From positions 372,001 to 436,000 of the forward strand of contig CAUYUJ010000325.1 in the NCBI GenBank assembly GCA_963575745.1: DNA of 64,000 nt, given 5' to 3'. This DNA is from Prorocentrum cordatum. Its lineage: Eukaryota. Position 1 is the first letter of the stretch. Each line of letters opens with the position of its first letter. A model generated the notes under the pieces. It saw nothing but the letters and a program-made list of their open reading frames with translations. It did not search any database and had not been told where the DNA came from. Below, one piece after another: positions 11,314 through 20,705 of this stretch. A program made the position numbers and the translations under genes.

Positions 11314-12920
11314 AAATTTGAAATTAAAGGCGGTGCCTTCAAGGCAAGTGGTGGCCAGAAACGCAGACAGGGCCAGACGGGGCCCGCGTTCCCGAAAGGA
11401 GCCGAGTCCTGAGACACGCCCACCCAAGAGGGGCCACCTAGGGCCGCCTCTCGACACGGGCCAGGGAAGGCGGACGGCAAAGCCACTGGCTCTGGCCCCC
11501 AACCTGCCCACGCCAATCATGCAAGCACTGCGAGAACAGAAGCTACGCATGACCACAACCGAACTCGACTGCATTGCAAATACACCACGTGCACATTCAA
11601 ATGCAGGAGACATAAGCCACTGAACAACCACAGCCCCCCACCCCCAATGGGGAACAGACGTGCAGGGCGAAACATCACTCAGAAGGCATTCCGAACACGC
11701 AGGGAAAAGACGTCTCACGGGGGGCACTAACCACGCTGCTCCAACCACTCCTCGGATCCAAGCCTGGAGGCAGCGGCGCCCCGCCTGCAGTACCTCCAGC
11801 GCTCGCTCCTTCATCCGAGGGCGCCTGCGCCGTCGCGGCATCCGCTGCGAGCGAAGCGCGGGCGACGGCCGCCCTCGCACGCCACCAATCACGAGCCGCG
11901 ACCTCGCCACGAGCCCTGGCGCCGCCGCCCCCACGGAAGAGGGCCCGCGGGAAGGCGTCGAGGTACGCGGCGGCGGCGGCAGCAACATGTCCAGCAGGTT
12001 CGGCAGCTGGCGGCCCCCCAACCGAGCACGCGGTGGCCACGTCGGCCTCGCCGTCGAGGATCGCGCCGTCGGAGTCGGAGCACTCGCCAGCAGCGCGCGG
12101 CGGCGCCGCCATAGCGCCCGCGGCCTGCGCGAAGTCCACCTCGCAGACAACCTCCGACACCCCAGGGAAGAGAAGGGAAGGCACGTAGCAATCGCCGATG
12201 TGGGCGCCACGCCCAGCGCGGGCGCGCCCAGCCAGCTCGAACTCCATGTTAAGCTGCTGCTGCGCCTCGTCGCACTCATCGACGTCGATCTGGGCCTGCA
12301 TCCCCTGGGCGCTGCCGCCGCCGGCAACGGGGCCAACCCCGGCCGGGGCGAAGGGCCTCGCAGCCGACCGCCGCGCCGTGCGCAGGGCCACAACTCGGCC
12401 AAGCTGCGGCAGCGCCTCCGCCTCGCAAATCTCCACGTGGCACTCAAACTTGCGCTCTCGCCTCGCCCCCAGCCTGGCGGACCGCTGGAGCCGCCGCAGG
12501 GCGAGGCCACACGCCGACGCAACCCTGGCCCCAGGGGCGTCGGCGTGGAGAGCCACATTCCTCCGCACTGCATCCTCCTGCTCGGGGGCCACTCCCCGCA
12601 GCAAGGCCGTCAGCGCGGGCGCGATCGCACCCGGGCGGTCGGCCAGCTCGGCGTCGCCCACGTAGGACGCGAAGCGCCGCCGAACGGCCTCCAACTCGCT
12701 GCGCAGGGCCGCTGCCTCCGCGAGCGCTGTCTTCACTCCGTTGTCCGCTGCCTCGAGCGCCCGCCCCCGAGCCGCAGAACGCTCCGCGCGCGTCCACCGC
12801 GGCTCGCCGGGGCATGCGCGTGCAGCACCAGGAACACTGCCCAGCGTCCCCGCCCGCGCCATCATGCCCAAGCGCCCGCCGCCGAGCGCCGAGCCAGGCT
12901 TGCACCAAAATGGCTACGGA
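11314..12920 (-). mobile_element. RT-less SL-capped retroelement B1 (1.6 kb)
   Basis: SL 20/22 at 12899-12920. The 3' end is GCCTTGAAGGCACCGCC plus a TTTAA-type tail. A 14-bp TSD TGCTCC(A/G)GTATATT lies at 11300-11313 and 12921-12934, and an empty site is visible at 18979-18992. Confidence 0.85.
11675..12865 (-). CDS. B-family protein (~396 aa; coiled coil, LADR, RRNVALHA, VEICEA), unknown function
   Basis: Uninterrupted ORF starting 33 nt after the SL. Its motifs are shared with the elements at 13.2-14.5 kb and 45.0-46.5 kb. Confidence 0.6.
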   Translation of the reverse strand: MMARAGTLGSVPGAARACPGEPRWTRAERSAARGRALEAADNGVKTALAEAAALRSELEAVRRRFASYVGDAELADRPGAIAPALTALLRGVAPEQEDAVRRNVALHADAPGARVASACGLALRRLQRSARLGARRERKFECHVEICEAEALPQLGRVVALRTARRSAARPFAPAGVGPVAGGGSAQGMQAQIDVDECDEAQQQLNMEFELAGRARAGRGAHIGDCYVPSLLFPGVSEVVCEVDFAQAAGAMAAPPRAAGECSDSDGAILDGEADVATACSVGGPPAAEPAGHVAAAAAAYLDAFPRALFRGGGGARARGEVAARDWWRARAAVARASLAADAATAQAPSDEGASAGGTAGGAPLPPGLDPRSGWSSVVSAPRETSFPCVFGMPSE

Positions 12921-13197
12921 TGCTCCGGTATATTCTGCCATGCTCCTGCGTGTTCTGCGGCGCTCCCCCTTGTTCTGCCGTGCTCTGCCGTGCTCCTCCT
13001 GCTCCTTTGTTATGCCGTGCTGTTGTGTGCTCTGCCGTGCTCCTGAATGTTCTGTGTGTTCTGCCGTGCTCCGTGCGCATTCTGCCGCGCTCGTTCGTGT
13101 TCTGCCGTGTATCTGCGTGTTCCTGTGTGTTGTGTCGTGCTCCTGTGTGTTCTGCCGTGCTCCTGTGCGTTCTGCCGTGCCCCTGCGTGTTCTGCGC

Positions 13198-14550
13198 GTT
13201 AAAAGTTAAAGTTAAAGACGGGGCCTTCAAGGCGGAGTGGTGGGGCCAAAAGGCAAAGAAAAGGACGCGCTCTCCCGAGAGGGGCCGCCTGGGGCCGCCT
13301 CTCGCCGCGGGGGCCGCACTGGGCCTTCACCGCGCGGCACCGCAGGCGAGAGCAGATCTACGCACAGAATGCAACTGCCCGCCTCGCTCTTCGCTCTTGG
13401 GCCGCGTCATGCAACGCGCACGGTCCAAAAGAACGTCGAGAAGCCGCTGGCGCTCCTCGGCATCTGGACAACCTGCACCTCCGAGGCGGACGCCGAGGGC
13501 GCGGGCCTCGGCCAAGTCCAGGGGTCCAGGAGTGACTCAACTCCAGACTTCGGCCCCTTGGCCGCGCGCGCCACCGCCGCCGCCGAGAAGCCGCCCAGGA
13601 ACGAAACGAACGCGCCCTCCGAGCTCGAGCGGCCCTCGCCCTCGGCGCAGTCGACGCTGTCCGCGACCAGGGGCGGCTCCACGTCGTCGCTGACGACGCT
13701 GCTGCCGCCCAGGTGCGGCACGACGTCGTCGGCAAACTCGACGGGTCCACGCGTAGACGGCCTCGAAGAGTCAGCGTCGCTGGCACCAGCCAAACCGTCC
13801 ACGCTGGCACGACCGCCAGCACCAAAGTCTGCACTGCCACGTCCCAAGACGGGAGGCAGCGGCGCACAGCCTGCAGCGCCTCCAGGGACCTTCTGCGCCC
13901 CGAGGGCGGCGGCCACGGAGCAGGAAGAAAACGCAACTGCGCCACAAGTACACCGCATGCCCTCGAAGCCGCGCAAACAGCAAGGCTCGGCCGAAGATCT
14001 CAGCGGCGTGCGCCTCCGCAGCGGCAGACCGCCCATGAGCTTCGGCAGCGGCTCAGCCTCGCAGATCTCCACGTCGATGTCCAGGCCACCTAGCCGAGAG
14101 ACACAAACGCCGTGGTCGCCCACACTGCGGGCGCCTTTCTCCTGCGACCCCAGGCGTTGACCCTTCTGGGCCTTCCTGAGGGGTGCTGCCGCAGCGGAGG
14201 CGATCGACAGCGCCCCGTCGGCCTCGGCGTGGAGCGCCACGTTGCGCCGTAGCCGCTCCAACCAGGTCGGCCCCTCCCCCCGCACAAGCGCAGCCAGTGC
14301 GGGATTACCGCCTGGACCCGATCCGCCAGCCCAGGCACGCCGACGAGCAAGTCGAGGGCGGCCTCCACCGCGCGCAGGCGGGTCTGGGCCTCGCCAGCAG
14401 CCTCCAAGGCACGCCGCACGGCCGCATCAGCAGCCGCTCGGGCGCGCCGCGCCGCCTCGCCTCTCTCGCGCCGCGAGCGGGGGAACCGCAGAGGGCCCCC
14501 TCCCGTGACCATCCCTCGCCCAAGCAAGCTTGAACCGAGCTGGTTATGTG
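13198..14550 (-). mobile_element. RT-less retroelement B2, diverged, ORF frameshifted
   Basis: The 3' end is GCCTTGAAGGCCCCGTC plus (TTTAAC)n. A degenerate SL (14/22) lies at 14529-14550. It encodes GLADRVQAVIP, LRRNVALHA and DVEICEAEPLP. Confidence 0.75.
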
Positions 14551-14719
14551 TGTTCTGCCGTGTTCCTGCGTGTTCTGCTGTGCTCCTGTGTGTTCTGTCA
14601 TGCTCCTATGTATTATGTAAATTCTGCCGTGCTCCTCGTGCTCCGGTTTCTGCCGTGCTCCCGTGTGTTCTTTGGGTTATGCCGCGTTCTGCCGTGCTTC
14701 TGCGCGTTGGGCTGCCAGG

Positions 14720-15240
14720 ACCCGTTCAAAAAGGTTTGTTTGAAAGGATGTCTCGAGCGAAACGCTGATGTTCGAGTGGCAGTGTTGATAACCCATGGGT
14801 GATTCAATAATTTTGCTTCTTGGGCCATCTTGACGTCATCCGAAAACGTTCCAAATGGATGCCTGAAACGAGCTCTTATCGCATCCCATTGTTTCCTGGA
14901 TGTCTCAGGCAAAGCTGTCATTTTTGTCCAGGATGTTTCAGGCAAAGCTGCCGCAGGTTGTCTCAGGATGTTTCCAGGATGTCTCGGGATGTCCCATCGC
15001 AAAGTCCGAAGAGTAGAACAACGACTTCAAGATCATCATTTTCCGCGGATGCCTCAGGCGCAGCGCCCACGTTTAGCATAAGACGTCTGAAGGTACGACC
15101 CCAAACTTCGCAATGAGGCGAGGATGTCTGAGGCAAAACGCATGTTTTCTACCGATCAATGAATTTCGCGGATCAGTGTTTCGAGGATGTCTCGAGCGAG
15201 ACGCTTGTTTTTGTTAAACGCGATGTCGCTGTTTGTGGGC
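14720..15240. repeat. Dispersed repeat rich in GAGGATGTCTC(A/G)AGCGAAACGC
   Basis: The motif recurs here and at about 19440-20230 and 27860-28090. Confidence 0.65.
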
Positions 15241-15385
15241 AACCTGATCGGACAAGACCAGGAAACGTCGCTCCTGTCCACTAGGTATGCAGAGTATGCT
15301 CTTTCGTTGGTCTGCCGCGCAGATATGTCGTGGCGTGCGCGCGCGGAATAGATGAATTTGCGTCCGTGCGTGGTGGTCCGCAACA

Positions 15386-16268
15386 GTTACAGTTAAAGAC
15401 GGGGCCTTCAAGGCAAGTGGTGGCCGGAAACGCAGAGAGGGCCAGACGGGGCCCGCGCCCCGAAAGAAGCTGGGCCCAGAGACACGCCCTCCCAAGAGGG
15501 GCCACCTAGGGCCGCCTCTCGACACGGGCCAGGGAAGGCGGACGGCAAAGCCACTGGCTCTGGTCCCCAACCCGCCCAAGCCAATCATGCAAGCACTGCG
15601 AGAACAGAAGCAACGCATGATCACAACCCAAACTCGACTGCATTGCAAATACACCACGTGCAAATTCGAAGGCAGGAGACATACCCCGCTGAACAACCAC
15701 AGCCCCCCACCCCCAATGGGGAACAGACGTGCAAGGCGAACCATCACTCAGAAGGCATTCCGAACACGCAGGGAAAAGACGTCTCACAAGGAGCACCAAC
15801 CACGCTGCTCCAACCACTCCTCGATTCCAAGCCTGGAGGCAGCGGCGCCCCGCCTGCAGTACCTCCAACGCTCGCTCCTTCATCCGAGGGCGCCTGCACC
15901 GTCGCGGAATCAGCTGCGAGCCAAGCACGGGCGACGGCCGCTCTCGCACGCCACCAATCACGAGCCGCGACCTCGCCTCGAGCCCTGGCGCCGCCGCCCC
16001 CACGGAAGAGGACCTGCGGGAAGGCGTCGAGGTACGTGGCGGCGGCGGCAGCAACGCGTCCAGCAGGTTTCGGCAGCTGGCTGCTCCCCAACCGAGCAAG
16101 AGGTGGCCACGTCGGCCTCGCCGTCGAGGATCACGCCGTCGGAGTCGGAGCACTCGCCAGCAGCGCGCGGCGGCGCCGCCAGAGCGCCCGCGGCCTGCAC
16201 GAAGTCCACCTCGCAGTTAACCTCCGACACCCCAGGGAAGAGAGGGGGAGAGAGGGGAAGGCATGTGT
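15386..16268 (-). mobile_element. 5'-truncated copy B3 of the B1 element
   Basis: Highly similar to 11320-12183, with the same 3' motif and a TTTAAC/TGTAAC tail. A perfect 24-bp TSD GTCCGTGCGTGGTGGTCCGCAACA lies at 15362-15385 and 16269-16292. Confidence 0.88.
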
Positions 16269-16486
16269 GTCCGTGCGTGGTGGTCCGCAACACTGCTGTG
16301 TTATGCCGTGTTCTGTCGTGCACCTGTGTGTTTTGCCATGCTCCTGTGTGTGCTGCCGTGCTCCTGCGCATTATGCAGCGTTTCTGCTCTGCCGTGCTCC
16401 TATGAGTTATGCCGGGATCCTGCGTGTTCTGCCGTGTTCCTATGTGCTATGTGTGTTCAGCCGTGCTTATCGTGATCCTGCGCGTT

Positions 16487-18795
16487 TGTTTAAAGTTTAA
16501 AGTTTAAAGACGGGGCCTTGAGGGCGTAAGCTATGCACCAAATTACGCGCAGGGCCAGACGGGACGGAGTTCCCGAGAGACGCCGAGCCCCAGAGAGCAC
16601 AGAGGGCAGCGCGAGTCTACTCACCAACAGGCGCGAGCCTCACTGCTAACTCTCACTCACCCACGGACAGCGGCCGCACTGCGCCCGACGGCGGCGCCCC
16701 CCGAGGCTCCCGAGTGTCCCGAGCGGCCCCGCGCCGCGCTGGCCACAGGCCCAGCCTTGTGGATCAGGTCCAACTCCGCGCCCGCGGCACGGGGGCGGCC
16801 CTGCCCGCGCGCACTGCGCATGGCCCCAGGAGCTTGCACTCGGCCCTCATGCGCTCCTCGTCCCGCGAAGGCGGCGCTCATGCTGAGGTTCCTGGCCTGC
16901 AGGGTCTTACAGAAAGTCCAGCCCTGCGTCTCCCAATGCCCTCCAGGCTGTCGCGCGCCGCGGAGCCTCGAAGCGCGGGCGGCGGCCTGGGCAGCACTGA
17001 GGGGGAGGTCGCAGAACGCGGAGGAGGCGACCCACTTCCAGCCCAGCGCCCCTTGCTGGGAGGTGAACGACTCGGTGGCCAGGCCCACGAAGCGGGGGAT
17101 ACGCGGCCTATGGTAGAGCACGTGTAGACCTCGAGGAACCCGCAGGTCTACGCCATGCCCGACTCCGCACCGCCACAGGAAGCCGCGACGCAGGCTCTCG
17201 TAGAACCTGGCGGCGTCCAGGCAGAGGCAGACGGAGGCACCTCCCCGCTCGCGCGCAGGCGCGGCGCATGCGCAGTGCAACCAGCCTGCCTTCTCGTGCT
17301 CGCCGTCCACCTTGCCCCCAATGGAGAGGCGGTCGTGCTCCGCCCCTCCCAGCGCGCCGATGGGCTGCCTCGGGCGGCCCCAGATGCGCATGAGCAGCGG
17401 GGCGTTTACGATCGGTCGGACTCCTACATCCGACACGGGAAAGAAGGTCAGCATGGCAGCACGGGCGCCCAGGGGCTGCGGCTGCGCCTCCTGCGCCACC
17501 GGGGGGCCCAGGACGCCCTTCAGCGAGCAGGTCCGCCGCCCCAAGTCTGATGCAATATACACTGCGGCCTCGATCCTCCGAAGCTTGAGGTCGCTCGGGA
17601 CCTGCCGAGCAACCGTCGCTGCCCGCATGGCGCAGCGAACCGAAGGCACGACGCTGCCTGCGCGAACCAGCGGGCCCTCCATGCCCGAGGGCGCGAACAG
17701 GCAGGGGAAGAACGTGCACCACCTGCGGCGCGCAGCTCCTCTGGCCTCCTCTGGGCGGCTCGGGGCGACGCCGGCCTCCTGACGCCGCGCCTGGCTGGGC
17801 TTGGCTCCGCGCCGACAGACGGAGGCCTCAGTGGCCGCTAGGCTCCACCTCCTGGCGTCGCTGTACAACTCCAGCACCTCCTGCCCGCGGAGGCAGCCCT
17901 GAGGCGCCGCAGGGGCCTGGCCTGGTGCCGGTAGGGGCGGCTCGCCCCCGAGGACGTGGAGCCGCTTGCTGCCGCAGCAGGCCACCTCGGCGCTGCCGCG
18001 CGCGCACAGGCGTGGTTCCGCCGCACTGGCCCCGCTAGGCGCTCGTCCGCCCTGGCTGTGCTCCTCCATCGCTGCCTCCAGCTGCGTGGCCAGCAGGGCG
18101 AGCAGCCAGAGGGGCCAGGGCTGCAGCCTCAGCAACCAGCTCCCGCTTGCATGCCTGAGACACCTGCGGCGCCGAGCGCGCTGCCATGCCGCTCCGCTTG
18201 GCCTCGTTCCACGGCGGGCTGCGGCTGCCAGGGCCCACTGCTGCCTGCGAGCTCGCCGTCGTCGCTGCTGATCTCGCCCGCGGAGCAGGACTCCGCCCAC
18301 GGCGCTCGTTTGGGGGCCGAGGGGGGCCCTGCAAGCTGCGCCCGCACCGCCTCGATCTGGGCGCGAATGGCCGCCCATGCCACCTCGAAATTGCTGGAGC
18401 CCCAGGCCTCTGGCAGCTTGTCCAGCTGCGTGAGGAGCCCTGGCACATGGCTGGAACCCACTCGGCCGCGCGCTGACGCTGCCGCGCCTCTGCCTCCTCA
18501 CGGGCCGCTTCTTCGAGAACCTGGAGCGCTCTGCTGGCTCCCTCCACCTCGCCGTCGAGCGCCGCGAGCTCCCCCTGGGCCTTCTGGAGCTGCACCTCCG
18601 CCAGGTCCCGCGCCGCCTGCTTCTGCTCAAGGGCTTGGCGGGCTGAGCGGAGCCGCTTCTCCGCCTTGCTGATGGCGTTCGCCTCGCAAGACAGGAGTGA
18701 ACTGGCCCAAAGCTCGGAGACCCTCGCGGTCACGGCGCCGCGGACGAATCGCGGTCGTCGGGTTCTCCATGGCCTTGAGCCAAAATGGCTACGGA
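16487..18795 (-). mobile_element. Internally deleted LINE A2 (A1 family), SL-capped
   Basis: Perfect SL at 18774-18795 followed by GCCATGGA, as in A1. Has the ORF1 coiled-coil homologue and RT motifs GVRPIVNAPLLMRIWGR and LCLDAARFYESL. Tail is (TTTAAAC)n. A 14-bp TSD TGATCCTGCG(C/T)GTT lies at 16473-16486 and 18798-18811. Confidence 0.85.
18774..18795 (-). other. Dinoflagellate spliced-leader copy, 22/22
   Basis: Reverse complement reads TCCGTAGCCATTTTGGCTCAAG. Confidence 0.97.
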
Positions 18796-18797
18796 TT

Positions 18798-19385
18798 TGA
18801 TCCTGCGTGTTCTGCTGTGCTCCTGCGTGTTCTGCCGTGCTCCTGCATGTTCTGCCATCAAATATGCCGTGCACCTGTGTGTTCGGCCGTGCTCTTGTGT
18901 GTGCTGCCGTGCTCCTGTGTGTTCTGCCGCGCTCCCCCTTGTTCTGCCGTGCCCCTATGTGTTTTGTGTGTTCTGCCGTGCTCCGGTATATTCTGCCATG
19001 CTCCTGCGTGTTCTGCCGCGCTCCCCCTTATTCTGCAGTGCTCCGCCGTGCTCCTCCTGCTCCTGTGTTCTGCCGTGCTGCTGTGTGCTCTGCCGTGCTC
19101 CTGTGCGTTCTGCGTGTTCTGCCGTGCTCTGGCATGTTATTCCGTGTTCTCTGTGTGTTCTGCCGTGTTTCAATGCATGCTGTGCGTTCTGCCTTGCTCC
19201 TCGTGCTTCTGTGTGTTCTGTCGCGCTCCTGCGCAGTCTGCCGCGTTCGCGCGTGTTCTGCCGTGTACCTGCGAGTTCCCGTGTGTTGTGCCGTGCTCCT
19301 GTGTGTTCTGCCGTGCTCCTGTGTGTTCTGCCGTGCTCCCGCGCGTTCTGCCGTGTTCCTGCGTGTTGGTATGCCGTGCTCCTGC
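18798..19385. repeat. TGTGTTCTGCCGTGCTCC satellite; uninterrupted paralogue of the block split by B1
   Basis: Matches about 11120-11313 joined to 12935-13190. Confidence 0.85.
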
Positions 19386-20705
19386 CCATCTTCTGACGAT
19401 TTCTCGGGCGTGAAGCTCACTTTTAACACGCGCTGTATTAACCAACAGCTTCAACACCTTATGTTTTCGAGGATGTCTCGGGTGATGGCCCCATTATCAC
19501 GAGTTTGGTAAGTTCGCGACTTTCAATTTCTGGTGGAGTTCAACGGCGAAACGCTTGCTTTTGTAAAAGACGGCGCTGCGAACAACTCGTTGTTTGTGAG
19601 GATGTCTCCAGCGACGTGCTAAAGTTGAGGAATATCGAGAGCGCTCTACTGGGCCCCTTCTGGGGCTCGTTTGGTGCTGCCTCGGATGCGTAAAAGCACG
19701 CCAGTCCGGCGTCAGCTTGTCAGGAATGGTTCCCAAACGAAATCGGAACAGCAATGTTCAAAACGATGCTGTGGCATGGTTCATTGTTTTGAAGATGTTC
19801 CTAACGAAATTGTCACCATCGGCAGTCTTCAGGGCGCTCTTGGAACCATATTGAAGTCCTTGTTGGGCTCTCATTTCGTCATGCGGGAGGACTTCAAGAA
19901 CGATGTCAAGACAATGTTGAGAACATGTCATTTTGTCGAGGACGTCCCCAGCGTTGTCAGCCGTGCTATTTTTGGGCGTCTGCCGTGCTGCCTGTCATTT
20001 TCTGAAGATGGCCCGAGCGAAAACATAACTTTCAACGAAATATGGAATACTTTAACTCCGTCGACATCTCGGTTGGGCTAGAATGGGCCGGGCGGAGCGC
20101 CAAGTTTTACATCTTGGCGAATTTCGCGGGCCCCAGTGTTTCGAGGATGCCACAAGCGAAACGCTTGTTTCTGTTAAGCGCGATGTTGTGAATATAGCAT
20201 GTGTGTGAAGATGTCTCAAGCGAAATCGCCACATTTAACAACCTGACCTGACAAGAACGGGAAGTGTGGTTTTTGTTCACGATGTATGTGAACTATGATG
20301 TTTTGCGGATATGCCGCGCAGATATGTCGCGGCGTGCGTGCGTTTGCGCGGGCGCGTGCGTGCGTGGAATGTGTGCTTGTGTGTCCGTCTGTGGTGGTCT
20401 GCGGCACAGTTGTGTTATGCCGCGTTGCTCTGCCGTGCTCCTGCAGTCTGCGTGAACGTATGTTGTCCATTTGTGTTTGCGTGCGTGCGTGCGTGCGTGC
20501 GTGTGTGCGCGCGTGCGTGTGTGTATGTGTCTGTGTGTGCGCGTGCGTTTGCCCGTGTGCGTGCGCCTTTTTGCGCGTGCCTGTGGGTGCGGCTACCTGC
20601 GCAAATGTTCAGTGTGTCATGCCGTGCTCCTGCGTGTTCTGGCGCGTTCTGCAGTGCTCCTCTTGTCACTGCGACGAAACGCAAACTGTCTGACGCGCCT
20701 CTGAC

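Noticed and set aside
18697..19511. Cys-rich proteins (also at 1436-2687 and 10849-11623)
   Set aside because: These are translations of tandem satellites.
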